NCBI GenBank assembly: GCA_035444565.1
Contig: DAOMOX010000001.1
Span: forward strand, 1 to 57,986
Direction of reading: 5' to 3'
Source: Candidatus Dojkabacteria bacterium
Lineage (GTDB): Bacteria; Patescibacteriota; Dojkabacteria; B142; OLB20
DNA length: 57,986 nt
Part shown: positions 16,905-27,256 of the stretch, piece by piece
Position numbering within the stretch: the first letter of the stretch is position 1
Layout: every line of letters begins with the position of its first letter
Notes under the pieces: model-generated
Told to the model about the DNA's origin: nothing
Seen by the model: only the letters and a program-made list of their open reading frames with translations
The model's database searches: none
Program-made: the position numbers and the translations under genes

Positions 16905-18728
16905 TTAGATTTCATCATCGAGGTCTCGAATCACACGGTAGTAATCAGGTTGTTCTGCCTCTGTTACGTCTTTTTCAGGTTTGAATTTCATCAATTCTTT
17001 TGTAATTTTCTTCGAAAGAGATTCAATTTTTGATATCTCACTCTCAGGAACCAATTTCATTCCAACTATTTCATCTTTAACAGGCAAATCCAGTAATTCT
17101 TCGATATCAAACTCATCACTAGTTTCAGCGATTTGTACGGCAATTTCATAGAAAGTAATAATTGCTTTTAACATATAATATTGCTTGCTTAGTGATGTGT
17201 ATGTATCGATTGGGTCGAATGCGAATTGTTGTAAATAGTCTTCTCGCAATGATTTTGCCACATCAAGAATCAATCGGTCCTTCACTGATAGTGAGTCCAT
17301 TCCAACGATTCTGATAATCTCTAGCAATTCAGCCTCTTTTTGTAATAGTTCTAAACTTTGTCTTCTTAGTTGAGAGAATTCTGGGTTAACTTCTGAGTCG
17401 TAGAACTTCTCAACCACATCATCATATCTGGAATAGCTATTTAACCAATTGATGGCAGGATAATGACGAGCATATGCAAGTGAAGAATCTAGTGCCCAAA
17501 AAACCTTGGTAACTTGAAGCGTTCCTTGAGATACTGGTTCGGATAAGTCTCCTCCAGGAGGAGATACAGCACCAATTACAGTTACACTACCTTCATTGGA
17601 TTTGTTTCCGAGTGGGCTTACTCGACCAGCTCGTTCGTAGAATTCTGCAATTCTAGATGTCAGATATGCAGGGTAACCTTCTTCTCCAGGCATTTCTTCC
17701 AATCTTCCTGATATTTCACGTAATGCTTCTGCCCATCTTGATGTAGAATCAGCCATAAGTGCAACATCTAGACCCATATCTCTGAAATACTCTGCAATTG
17801 TAATACCTGTATAAATTGAGGCTTCTCTAGCCGCGATTGGCATATTTGAAGTATTAGCTATCAAAATAGTTCTTTCCATCAAAGGATCACCGCTATTTGG
17901 ATCTTTCAACTCTGGGAATTCTTTCAAAACATCAGTCATTTCATTACCTCTCTCACCACAACCAATGTAGACAATTATTTGTGCATCACACCATTTTGCG
18001 ATTTGCTGTTGAGATACACTCTTACCAGATCCAAATGGACCAGGAATTGCTGCAACTCCACCTTTGGTTAGAGGGAAGAAAGTATCGAAAACACGTTGTC
18101 CTGTGATAAGTGGTTTAGTAGGGACAAACTTTTGTTTGTACGGTCTTGGTTTTCTGATTGGCCATTTTTGATACATTTTAACCTCAATCTTTTTTCCATC
18201 GTTATCGATAATTGCAACAATCTCATCAACAGTATATTTTCCGGATTTAATTTCTAATATTTTCCCTGATACATTTGGCGGAACCATAATCTTGTGGCTA
18301 ATGAGGTTTGTCTCTTGTACTTCTCCCAAAATATCGCCTTCCTGAACTTTATCACCCTTCTTTACTGTTGGAACGAAATCCCATTTTTTATCGCGATTTA
18401 GTGCAGGTACATTTATTCCTCGTGTAATGAAGATTCCACCTTTTTTAGAGATTTCCTCAAGTGGTCTCTGAATTCCATCATAAATACTCTTCAATAGACC
18501 AGGTCCAAGCTCCACACTTAAAGGTTCGCCAGTTGTCTCCACATCTTCTCCGACACTAACACCACTAGTCTCTTCGTAAACTTGAATCCATGCACGATTA
18601 TCTCTAATCTCAATAATCTCACCAGTTAGTTTTTCATTACCAACTTTAACAACATCGTAAAGTCTAGCAGATGGAATATTCTCTGCGACTACTAGAGGTC
18701 CTGAAATTTTTACAATTTTTCCTGTCAT
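16905..18728 (-). CDS. atpA: A/V-type ATPase catalytic subunit A
   Basis: 607 aa. Walker A GPFGSGKSV, plus GERGNEMTD, ALREISGRLEEMPGEEGYPAYL. Confidence 0.95.
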   Translation of the reverse strand: MTGKIVKISGPLVVAENIPSARLYDVVKVGNEKLTGEIIEIRDNRAWIQVYEETSGVSVGEDVETTGEPLSVELGPGLLKSIYDGIQRPLEEISKKGGIFITRGINVPALNRDKKWDFVPTVKKGDKVQEGDILGEVQETNLISHKIMVPPNVSGKILEIKSGKYTVDEIVAIIDNDGKKIEVKMYQKWPIRKPRPYKQKFVPTKPLITGQRVFDTFFPLTKGGVAAIPGPFGSGKSVSQQQIAKWCDAQIIVYIGCGERGNEMTDVLKEFPELKDPNSGDPLMERTILIANTSNMPIAAREASIYTGITIAEYFRDMGLDVALMADSTSRWAEALREISGRLEEMPGEEGYPAYLTSRIAEFYERAGRVSPLGNKSNEGSVTVIGAVSPPGGDLSEPVSQGTLQVTKVFWALDSSLAYARHYPAINWLNSYSRYDDVVEKFYDSEVNPEFSQLRRQSLELLQKEAELLEIIRIVGMDSLSVKDRLILDVAKSLREDYLQQFAFDPIDTYTSLSKQYYMLKAIITFYEIAVQIAETSDEFDIEELLDLPVKDEIVGMKLVPESEISKIESLSKKITKELMKFKPEKDVTEAEQPDYYRVIRDLDDEI

Positions 18729-18756
18729 TATCTTTTTCGTTAATTTAAATTATTTA

Positions 18757-19074
18757 TCAAATTTTTATTTTCATTCCGATAGCTTTCTCTGCTAATCTTT
18801 CCAGTTCTTGATAACCTTTGTTCCCATCCTCTTCAAGTGATGGTAAAACTATCCATGGTATTTCTAAATTATCTATTTTCTTAATTAATTTAGAATCTTC
18901 ATAATAAACTTCATCTGTCAATAAAATACCGCCTATTCTTTCAAAATTAGCTTCAATATATTCGATAATAGAATTTAACTTTGCTTCTTCGTAAACCAAA
19001 CCTTTACAACCAAGGATACGGTAGGTATCAACTATATATTTATCACCAATTATGTATAAACTTCCCGATGTCAT
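18757..19074 (-). CDS. atpF: A/V-type ATPase subunit F
   Basis: 105 aa. Position between C and A, and an IIGD..GF-type N-terminus. Confidence 0.7.
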   Translation of the reverse strand: MTSGSLYIIGDKYIVDTYRILGCKGLVYEEAKLNSIIEYIEANFERIGGILLTDEVYYEDSKLIKKIDNLEIPWIVLPSLEEDGNKGYQELERLAEKAIGMKIKI

Positions 19075-19857
19075 TTATCTAAAACTATAATCAATTAATA
19101 AATTATTCTCTTTGTTACTTACCCCAGAAATCAAAAGGTTTAAATCATAAAAGAAATATTTCAATTTGATTAAATAAGATAGTGCTACAAGTGTTGGCTC
19201 CATCTGTATCAAGGCCTCAGAAATATAACTTGTCTCTTTCAAGGCAATTTCTTTGTTCATTTCTTCCAAGGCATCCTGACTATCATTGTTATCATTCTCT
19301 AAATATTCTCTTCTAATCTTTGACGACTCTTCGTACAAATTTCTCAAAGTATTTATGTATTCTTTTTTAACTTTATTCCTCCTGACAAATAGCTCCTGTA
19401 TTTGGATGTAGAGTTCATCGAGCAATAACTCAAGTTCAAATATTTCAATTTTTAATGGCACTTCTTCATAGAACTTATTGATTTTGTCTTCAATCTTTTT
19501 ATTCGGATAATTAATCATTCTTAACTTTTCCTTGTACTTTTCACGTTCGGAACTTAGTAAACTTGCCATCTCACGAAATATTTTACGAATTTGCACCATT
19601 TCGTATTTTAACCAAACCATTGTTTCAAAAAACTGGTCACCTTCCGAGATTTTTAATAATTCAAAAAGCATCTCTCTTTCCTTTTCATGCACCATACTCA
19701 ACATATCAGAATTATCACGAGTATTCCCGAATAAACCCCAAGATTGAATAACATTTCCTAGAGATGTCTTTTCAACTCCCAGCAATGATGAAAGTTCAGA
19801 GAATGTTGGTATCTGTGACTCTAAAGCGAAAATTGTACCTACATTGACATTACTCAT
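19075..19857 (-). CDS. atpC: A/V-type ATPase subunit C (d-like), short form
   Basis: Assigned mainly by operon position (between E and F) and helical composition. 260 aa is short for this subunit. Confidence 0.55.
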   Translation of the reverse strand: MSNVNVGTIFALESQIPTFSELSSLLGVEKTSLGNVIQSWGLFGNTRDNSDMLSMVHEKEREMLFELLKISEGDQFFETMVWLKYEMVQIRKIFREMASLLSSEREKYKEKLRMINYPNKKIEDKINKFYEEVPLKIEIFELELLLDELYIQIQELFVRRNKVKKEYINTLRNLYEESSKIRREYLENDNNDSQDALEEMNKEIALKETSYISEALIQMEPTLVALSYLIKLKYFFYDLNLLISGVSNKENNLLIDYSFR

Positions 19858-19858
19858 A

Positions 19859-20398
19859 TTAAGTGAACAAAATCTGATTTAACGCAGTTTTATTGTTCTC
19901 GTAAATCTCTCTCCTAACAATGTCTTCAGTCAATTGAACAGAAACAGTTTGAGAATCAAATATAAAACCATTTAATTGATTATCAATCTTTATGTCCCAA
20001 CTATCTTTTACCGCACTTTTAACTAGAGAGTATGAATTTTCGTCGATATTTAAGGTTCCTTTTTCATCCTTGATTTTCTCAAGATTCCTCACCAGTAAAT
20101 CCTTGTATAGAGAAGAGTCTTTATATAATTTCTGCATATACTCCGTAACAAATTTTTCAAGCAATTCTTTTTTCACAGCACTCTGAGTTCCCATCTTTGA
20201 ACTTTTTTCCAAGAACTCTTCCCTGGATTCCTTTAGAACCTTTTTCTGTTCAGTCTTCTGACTTACGAGATTTTTCAGAGATAACTCCTCACGCCTTAGA
20301 GGATCTAATTCGCGGTTTTGTATTTCTGTAAGTGACTGTTTAAGCTCATCAAGCTTCTGATCTTTTATGTTTTGAATTTTTTGTAAAAAATCGTCCAT
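19859..20398 (-). CDS. atpE: A/V-type ATPase subunit E (peripheral stalk)
   Basis: 179 aa. Charged coiled-coil N-terminal half plus a globular C-terminal part. Operon position after K. Confidence 0.65.
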   Translation of the reverse strand: MDDFLQKIQNIKDQKLDELKQSLTEIQNRELDPLRREELSLKNLVSQKTEQKKVLKESREEFLEKSSKMGTQSAVKKELLEKFVTEYMQKLYKDSSLYKDLLVRNLEKIKDEKGTLNIDENSYSLVKSAVKDSWDIKIDNQLNGFIFDSQTVSVQLTEDIVRREIYENNKTALNQILFT

Positions 20399-20407
20399 AT
20401 TATTTAG

Positions 20408-20881
20408 TTAAACTTGAATACTGTTGATTACTAAAATCGAAAGTAAAAGACCGAAAACAGCCATACTTTCTACAAGAACAGCTAGGATTACTGCTTTTCC
20501 AACATCTGCTGGATTATTTGCAAGGATTCTTGTTCCTGCTTGAACTACTTTACCCTGTGCAATACCTGAGATAAGACCCAAGAATGCTACTGGCATAGCT
20601 CCGAACAACAAAGCTAAACCAACATTTGTGTCGATACTCGCTAGTTCTCCAGAAATTAAACCGATTTTTTGCAGTACGATAACTGCTGCAAGAAATCCAT
20701 AAATACCTTGTGAACTTGGCAAGGCAGATGTTAGCAAAGCTCCTCCGAATGCTTTTGGCTTTTCGGAAACAACTCCTGCACCACTTTTTGCTGCTGAAAG
20801 AGTACCTAAGATACTCCCCGTACCGGCAAGTAAAATACTTACCACAGCGGCTGTTACGGCTAGAACAACTCCAATTGTCAT
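20408..20881 (-). CDS. atpK: A/V-type ATPase proteolipid subunit K (4-TM, duplicated c)
   Basis: 157 aa. LPSSQGIYGF, SGIAQGKV and LVESMAVFG align with the Enterococcus hirae NtpK segments LPGTQGLYGF, SGIAQGKV and MVETYAILGF. Confidence 0.9.
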   Translation of the reverse strand: MTIGVVLAVTAAVVSILLAGTGSILGTLSAAKSGAGVVSEKPKAFGGALLTSALPSSQGIYGFLAAVIVLQKIGLISGELASIDTNVGLALLFGAMPVAFLGLISGIAQGKVVQAGTRILANNPADVGKAVILAVLVESMAVFGLLLSILVINSIQV

Positions 20882-22914
20882 TTTTGTGAATTAATAAATA
20901 AATTAGAGATATTAATATGAATAGGTCCAAATTTAGTTGAATTTTCAGGAACTTTGATATACATAGGTTTGTAACCTTTTGGTTCAATTGCAACCCCTTG
21001 TGCTTGGTAGAATCTTGGGAAAAATTCCACCAATTGAAGACGGATAATATTTACGAATGTACCTAATACGTTTAACGCAATATTAAAAAGATGCCCAATA
21101 ATCAAAATCAATACTGTGACTATTATTCCAAATATTGAATCTGTTCCTCCTAGAATAGAAGCGATTAAGTTAATCACACTAGCAATGACTCCGGTAGCCA
21201 AGCCTAGTGCCAATAAACGGGCATATGAAAGAGTGTTTGATAGATAGCTTGTAATATTGAAGATACTTCCGATACCAATTAATGGTCTTAAGAATATATT
21301 CTTTTGTTTTCTACCTTGTCCGAAGGCAAATAGAACTAACACAATAATTAAAAGTGGGGCTTGAATATCCTTCACAAAAGCAAGTGCTGGAGACATTCCA
21401 GAAACTGCCACCAAGACCATCGTCAATAAAAGCAAAATCCAGGTTCCAGGTCCTGATAAACCACCAATTTTGTCACCATTTTTGAAGTAAGTGACCAATT
21501 CTAGGAATACTCCAAACAATTGTTGAATAAAACCAGCAACTAGGGAAAGCACGAGTACCAAAATGATCGAAGACTGAAGATCAATTTGTTTCATACTTCT
21601 CAAAGTTTCTCCCAAAGTTCCTCCAACTACATTGACATCAACTCCGAACCAACCTCCAGTTATCGCTCCAAAGAAAATTGTGGAAATACTACAGTAAATC
21701 ATCAATTTGATACCCTCTCTGATTGTTCCTTGTGGCTTTTTGGCAAATAGATAATAAAGCAAACCAGTGAGGATTAGGAAACCATAACCTGCGTCCCCAA
21801 GAGCAAAACCGAAAAACACAACAAAGAAAAATGCCAAGAATGGTGATGGGTCCAATTCTTTGGAACCGGGGATTCCCATGAACTCCGTTACTATTTCAAA
21901 AGGTTTAATCAAAGAGTTATTAGACATTTTTGTTCGAACGTCGCTTCGGTGGGCAGTGGAGAGTTTTTGTAAATATGCGCCTTGATCGATAGAATCCACC
22001 AGTTTTGACAAGACTGCATAGCCTTCTTTATCAACCCATGCATGAAGTTCTACATAAGTTTTCGATTTAGTTTCATAATCATCTCCAGAATACTCTCCAA
22101 TAAACTTGGTATTTTCGTATGCAGTGATTTCGAGCATTAATACATCGAAGAGAACCTCTAACTGAGTTAACTTAAGTTTTGTCTTTAATTTTGGCAATTC
22201 AAATGTCTCATTATTTACTTCACTTACTTTTTCGTTATTATTTTCAAACGCTAACGTAACAGGTACTGACTCTCCCGAGTCTATTGATTTGATAAAACTA
22301 GAATTATGATCAATAAAACTATCGACAAACTCAGCATCATCTTTTACAGAAATCAGCAATAGTTCTGTATCATGTTTATCCTTAGAAAAGACAGATACAT
22401 TTATCGGACTTATTGTTTCCAGCTCCTCAAGTAACTCACTAACTTTTTCATTCTCCACGGTTAAAAGTTTTTGATATACTAGTTCACTTGTGAGCAACTC
22501 GGACGGCAATTTGGAAGCTTGAGCATCTTGTCTAATATCCCCGACAATATTGGTCGAAGATTGAACTTCTCCCTTAGCATTTGGCTGGTTTACTAAATCA
22601 AGTTGTTCTGCAAAATCATCAACTTCATGACTTAAATTTGTGTAATCTTTCAAGGTATTTGTAACAAATTTGTCACTAATAGCTTTCTTGTTTTCTTCCT
22701 CGTTTAACTTAAGGTAGTTAATAATTTTTTCAATTTTAGTAACCTCTTCTTTTAATCTTGAAATTCTGGATTCAGATATTTCAGATAAACCCTGTAGTAC
22801 AACAACTGGTTCGACCAGCTCGATATTCTGTGACAGGGCAATGTTTTTAAGAACAGGAATTATCTGTTCTCTTTTGAATACAAGTTTGTATATATCACAG
22901 GCAATGACACTCAT
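20878..22914 (-). CDS. atpI: A/V-type ATPase subunit I (a-like stator)
   Basis: 678 aa. Soluble N-terminal half and polytopic C-terminal half with SYARLLALGLA (conserved Arg helix). Confidence 0.88.
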   Translation of the reverse strand: MSVIACDIYKLVFKREQIIPVLKNIALSQNIELVEPVVVLQGLSEISESRISRLKEEVTKIEKIINYLKLNEEENKKAISDKFVTNTLKDYTNLSHEVDDFAEQLDLVNQPNAKGEVQSSTNIVGDIRQDAQASKLPSELLTSELVYQKLLTVENEKVSELLEELETISPINVSVFSKDKHDTELLLISVKDDAEFVDSFIDHNSSFIKSIDSGESVPVTLAFENNNEKVSEVNNETFELPKLKTKLKLTQLEVLFDVLMLEITAYENTKFIGEYSGDDYETKSKTYVELHAWVDKEGYAVLSKLVDSIDQGAYLQKLSTAHRSDVRTKMSNNSLIKPFEIVTEFMGIPGSKELDPSPFLAFFFVVFFGFALGDAGYGFLILTGLLYYLFAKKPQGTIREGIKLMIYCSISTIFFGAITGGWFGVDVNVVGGTLGETLRSMKQIDLQSSIILVLVLSLVAGFIQQLFGVFLELVTYFKNGDKIGGLSGPGTWILLLLTMVLVAVSGMSPALAFVKDIQAPLLIIVLVLFAFGQGRKQKNIFLRPLIGIGSIFNITSYLSNTLSYARLLALGLATGVIASVINLIASILGGTDSIFGIIVTVLILIIGHLFNIALNVLGTFVNIIRLQLVEFFPRFYQAQGVAIEPKGYKPMYIKVPENSTKFGPIHINISNLFINSQK

Positions 22915-22929
22915 TTTTAAATTTAAAAG

Positions 22930-23244
22930 TTATGAAAATAAATATTTATCTAGAAGTTCTTCTGCTTTTTCAGAATTCTTTTGCATTTTTTGACCTAGTT
23001 CTTTGGTAACTTGAGATTTCGCTTCAGCATCTACTGGTATAGTTTCAGTCTCGGAGTTATTATCAACGCTAGTTATCATTGATAGCTGTTTTTTCAAGTC
23101 ATTAATTTTAGTTATTGACTCTTTTTTACTTTTCTCGGTATTTGATGTCATCTCTTCTAGCAATTTTCTCTTTTGTGTTTTAAATTTTTTCTCGATTTGC
23201 AAAATCGAATTCAAGTCCGCGTTTATTGGTTTATCAGTACTCAT
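22930..23244 (-). CDS. Small charged coiled-coil protein, probable A/V-ATPase peripheral-stalk subunit (G/H-like)
   Basis: 104 aa, Lys/Glu-rich. It is the first gene of the operon, in the position of the small stalk subunit in the ntp/atp G-I-K-E-C-F-A-B-D order. Confidence 0.45.
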   Translation of the reverse strand: MSTDKPINADLNSILQIEKKFKTQKRKLLEEMTSNTEKSKKESITKINDLKKQLSMITSVDNNSETETIPVDAEAKSQVTKELGQKMQKNSEKAEELLDKYLFS

Positions 23245-23351
23245 AATTAGCTGAAATTAATATTTTCAAATAAACAGAAATGGGATTATAGCATCATGAA
23301 AATACTCGGTGAAGTATTTTTTGCAAATTGTAAATTCGAGATATTACAATA

Positions 23352-24098
23352 TCAAATTCCTCTTTGTCTTCGGAGAAACCAATCCCTATTATCTTCTGGT
23401 AATTTAGTCTCTGTATCGAGGAAATTCGATGGCAGATATTCGGTTGAGGTGATTTGCCAAACTTGAATGAAAACAATATATAGCAAAAACATAACTGGAA
23501 TTATTAAAAGTACAATTCTTAAATGATTTGTACCTCCTTTAAATAATTTAAAGCCATTTCCAGAAGAAGATTCTGTCTTCTCTTGTCGAACCAATTCTTT
23601 CATCCGTGGAAACATATACAATCCAAATCCACTTCCAAAAATTGTACCGGTCAACATTCTAGAAAAATTATTACTTACATAAAATGCAGATGAATCACTA
23701 TAACCAACTAAAACAGCGAATGTCTGTAAACCACCATCAATTAGCATTGGGAAAGAATATATTATTAACCACAAAAGACTTAGCGGTTTTACTTTTCTAA
23801 TCAGTACCATAACCAGCACAAATAGCATACTACCCCAAATGAACATATCTCTAGCACACCAGGCAATTTGGTGATCGTGCAAGTGTAGACTCTTCCAGTG
23901 TTGCTGATGGCAAAAAAAAGAATAAATGTTATAAATAGCTCTTGATGAATCATATTGCTCGTAATGGAGTAATATTGGTGCAACTATGGGTAATAGGTTG
24001 AGAAGTACTAGAAATACTAAGAAAACATAGAGTATATTTGTATTAATCCAATTAAAGATCCTATCCATTTTGTATATCAACAATTTTGAACTGAACAC
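23352..24098 (-). CDS. DUF2085-family membrane protein
   Basis: FFCHQQHWKS..HQIAWCARD motif plus about 5 TM segments. The start is uncertain (ATG 24098 or 24068). It overlaps the recJ 3' end. Confidence 0.65.
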   Translation of the reverse strand: MFSSKLLIYKMDRIFNWINTNILYVFLVFLVLLNLLPIVAPILLHYEQYDSSRAIYNIYSFFCHQQHWKSLHLHDHQIAWCARDMFIWGSMLFVLVMVLIRKVKPLSLLWLIIYSFPMLIDGGLQTFAVLVGYSDSSAFYVSNNFSRMLTGTIFGSGFGLYMFPRMKELVRQEKTESSSGNGFKLFKGGTNHLRIVLLIIPVMFLLYIVFIQVWQITSTEYLPSNFLDTETKLPEDNRDWFLRRQRGI

Positions 24099-25776
24099 TC
24101 TCTACTCCATTGAATTTATTCAAATCGAGATAACCAGCAATGTTTAAGATATCTCCCGGTTTAATTCTAGCGAATTTCTTTCCAATTTTGAATCCAATAG
24201 CATCAATGGTCGCGACATCTTTTCTGAAAGTAAGCTTGAGATGATCCCCTCCATTTCCTACTCTTTTAACATTAATAACTTTTACGGAGTTTATCGAGAT
24301 GATAGGTTCTTTGTTCCCGAAACCAAATGGACCGAATTGATTTATTTCTTCAAGGGTGTCCTTATTAATCAAATCCTCTGATAGTTCCATCTCGATTGAA
24401 AGTATCTTCTCTAGATCTTCATCCGAGATTTCCTCTGTAGCATACTTGAGCATGTTGTCTGCAAAATTCCTAATATTTTCTTCTTTTATAGTCAATCCTG
24501 CTGCCTGTGCATGTCCTCCGTATCTTTCCAATTTATCAGCCTCCCGAGAAATTGCTTTTGTAATATGAAACGAGGCGGTACTTCGACACGACCCCACCGC
24601 TAAACCTTCTTTCAAAGATAAGACAATCACTGGTCTGTGATATTTTTCGCATAACCTACCCGCTACTAAACCAACAAGACCCTCAGGCCACTCCTGCCCA
24701 GTAATTAGAATCAATTTTTTATCTGATCCCCAGGATTCGAGTAGTTTTTCTGAATCAAACATAAGTTCTTTTGTCATTTCCTGTCTCTTTGTGTTCAATT
24801 CACTAAGTTTCTTGGCAAGTTCTGTAACCTTTTCCGAATTATTAGAAGAGAGCAATCTTACACCATCAAGTGCCGTTTCTAGTCTACCCGAAGCATTCAA
24901 CCTAGGTCCAAGGACGTATCCAAGATGATAAGCAGCTAAATCTTCAGAAGAAATTCCCGAAACCATAAGTAATTCTCTTAGTCCAGTATTCTGCGTATCC
25001 TTCATCTGCTTCAAACCTTCTGCAACTATAACCCTGTTTTGGTTTATTAATGGCATCACGTCACAAACTGTTGCGAGTGCCACAAGGTCTAAATATTTTA
25101 GTGCATCAAAATCTCCTATTAATAATTTCTTGTTTTTCGCCTCAATTGCTAGCTCTCTAATTAGATGCCAAACAACAGTTGTTGCACAAATATCTTTGAA
25201 TGAGTAATCATTAAGAAGAGGATGAACAACCGCTTTAGCTGTTTTTTTCAGTATATCTAAATCTTCTTCGTTTTCGGGAGTTTGATGGTGGTCGGTGATT
25301 ATCAAGTCGGTTTTCGAAGAAAGCACTTCATTTAATATCTTTCCATCACGAATACCGCAATCTACAGATATTATCAACCCTGCTCCTTCGTCTTGGAGTT
25401 TTTTGATCGCAGTTGGGTTGATACCGTATCCTTCATCAAATCTACTGGGAATATATGGCATGACATTTGCTCCAAGAGACCTAAACAGGAAATCAAAAAG
25501 AATCGATGTTGAGCATATCCCATCAACATCGTAATCACCGTAGATATAGATTTTCTCTTTTAATAGGACCTTGTCGAGAATTATTTGAACTGCTTTTTCA
25601 ATATCATTTAGTTTCCCTGCATTATTTAGAGAATCCAGTTCCGGGCTCAGGAAGGTTTCGAGGTCTTTTGACGTTTCGATGTTTCTGTTATACGCGAGCT
25701 GTGCAGTCAGGTCATCAAAATTACTTAAATTTTTTCTAGTCTTAGTTGGAATTTTCGGTTTAACTTTCCAATTCAT
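24061..25776 (-). CDS. recJ: Single-stranded-DNA-specific exonuclease RecJ
   Basis: DHH-family motifs GDYDVDG, SVDCG, ITDHHQ, and DHHA1 GGHAQAAG. Confidence 0.92.
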   Translation of the reverse strand: MNWKVKPKIPTKTRKNLSNFDDLTAQLAYNRNIETSKDLETFLSPELDSLNNAGKLNDIEKAVQIILDKVLLKEKIYIYGDYDVDGICSTSILFDFLFRSLGANVMPYIPSRFDEGYGINPTAIKKLQDEGAGLIISVDCGIRDGKILNEVLSSKTDLIITDHHQTPENEEDLDILKKTAKAVVHPLLNDYSFKDICATTVVWHLIRELAIEAKNKKLLIGDFDALKYLDLVALATVCDVMPLINQNRVIVAEGLKQMKDTQNTGLRELLMVSGISSEDLAAYHLGYVLGPRLNASGRLETALDGVRLLSSNNSEKVTELAKKLSELNTKRQEMTKELMFDSEKLLESWGSDKKLILITGQEWPEGLVGLVAGRLCEKYHRPVIVLSLKEGLAVGSCRSTASFHITKAISREADKLERYGGHAQAAGLTIKEENIRNFADNMLKYATEEISDEDLEKILSIEMELSEDLINKDTLEEINQFGPFGFGNKEPIISINSVKVINVKRVGNGGDHLKLTFRKDVATIDAIGFKIGKKFARIKPGDILNIAGYLDLNKFNGVESVQFKIVDIQNG

Positions 25777-25823
25777 ATAAAAGTATAGCAGTAGTTTCTG
25801 AGGTTAATGTGAAAATGCCGTGT

Positions 25824-26471
25824 TTATACTACCTCGTCATGGTTTAGGTATTCCCTAAACTGCCTAATCACGAAGAAAATTGCTAAGCCTAATAAAATTA
25901 CCGCACCTGTCCAGAGACCCCAAACCCTAATGGTATAGAAGGTTTTTGCACGAGTATAACTCTCTAACGTTGGAGTAATGACCATTTCAGGAGTAAATAC
26001 CAGCTCAGTTTTATTAGAACTTATATAATTTTCTCCAGCTACAAAGCCATTGACCTCAACTGCGATTTCAACACGTCTATTAACAGTTGAGGGTGGAAGT
26101 ATTACCTCAGGGGTAAAAGTTTTTCTCAGTGTCGTCTTCTGTCCTTTTACAACTGAAATGATATCTCTTTCAGGTTCAGCTATGTTTAATAACCTTTCAT
26201 TATAAAACCATTTGACCCCCACTCTGTTCGAATCGATGAGAGAGTCTACTGTAAGTACAATATCGAAACTCTTGGATGGATATTCCTGATCTGTCGGTAG
26301 GACTAGTTGTAACTTCAGTGCCGGGTTTGTAACGATTTTCACTTCTTGATTGTACTCTTGCTCTTCAGTCTGAGCATATACAGTGTCATAGAAAATTTGC
26401 GTAAAAAGGACCATTGCCATAATCATCATATGGATGGCAATATTTTTAAACGATTTCCTACTTCTATACAT
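25824..26471 (-). CDS. Hypothetical secreted protein with a C-terminal TM anchor
   Basis: N-terminal signal-like helix, beta-rich middle, and C-terminal helix WGLWTGAVILLGLAIFFVI. Confidence 0.55.
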   Translation of the reverse strand: MYRSRKSFKNIAIHMMIMAMVLFTQIFYDTVYAQTEEQEYNQEVKIVTNPALKLQLVLPTDQEYPSKSFDIVLTVDSLIDSNRVGVKWFYNERLLNIAEPERDIISVVKGQKTTLRKTFTPEVILPPSTVNRRVEIAVEVNGFVAGENYISSNKTELVFTPEMVITPTLESYTRAKTFYTIRVWGLWTGAVILLGLAIFFVIRQFREYLNHDEVV

Positions 26472-26519
26472 ATAAATTTCCTAAGTAATTAAGTATAGCA
26501 ATTTTTAAAATAGAATTCG

Positions 26520-27179
26520 TTATTTCCTGTTTAATTTGATATCTGAAACCTCCATATTCTTTGGCAATGCTATTACCTGTAGTATGAATTCAGCTATTTC
26601 AGAAGGATTCATCCAACTACTCCAATCGTTATTTTCAATTCCAGTAGCCTTTTCAAAGAAATTTGATTTAAAACCGCCAGGATTAAAACCGATAACTCTA
26701 CATTTTGTGTTTTTAAACTCGAGTTGAAGGTTTTGATTTAATCCACGAACTGCCCATTTTGAAGCACCATAAGCGGCTTGGTTCTCGTATGCCTTGGAGC
26801 CAACGGTCGAACCAATATTAACGATATCTGCTTCGTTAGATTTTATAATTTCAACAAGCTCGGAGACCAAGAAAAGTGGAGCAATTACATTTAGTTTAAA
26901 TAATTTCAATGTCTCCGCGTATTCAACTTTTCCTAATGGCTTCACTGAAAGCATGCCAGCACAATTGATTAAAACATTAAAATCCGAATACTTTTCTTTG
27001 ATAGTTTCGACAACTGCATTCAGTCCATCCTCTTCTGAGAGATCACCTTTTATATGATTTATCTTTAAATCAGGGACAGACCTAGAGATACCGACTACAT
27101 TGTGCCCTGCATCCAATGCTTTTTTCGCAAGCTGATAACCTAACCCATCGCTAACTCCTGTTATGATAATTGTTTTCAT
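26520..27179 (-). CDS. Short-chain dehydrogenase/reductase (SDR)
   Basis: TGVSDGLG cofactor motif, NCAG, and YGASK catalytic motif. Confidence 0.88.
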   Translation of the reverse strand: MKTIIITGVSDGLGYQLAKKALDAGHNVVGISRSVPDLKINHIKGDLSEEDGLNAVVETIKEKYSDFNVLINCAGMLSVKPLGKVEYAETLKLFKLNVIAPLFLVSELVEIIKSNEADIVNIGSTVGSKAYENQAAYGASKWAVRGLNQNLQLEFKNTKCRVIGFNPGGFKSNFFEKATGIENNDWSSWMNPSEIAEFILQVIALPKNMEVSDIKLNRK

Positions 27180-27256
27180 CTTTTATAAATATTATTAATT
27201 ATTATTTTTATACCATAATTCTTGATGAAATAAATCAGTTACTGTACATTTTTGAA

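Noticed and set aside
20550-20993. 147-aa ORF overlapping atpK and the atpI 3' end
   Set aside because: It is an out-of-frame reading of the well-supported proteolipid gene. It is rich in Cys/Arg/Ser, typical of frame-shifted translation. The many short antisense ORFs inside atpA, atpB, recJ, gatA, gatB and others are rejected on the same logic.
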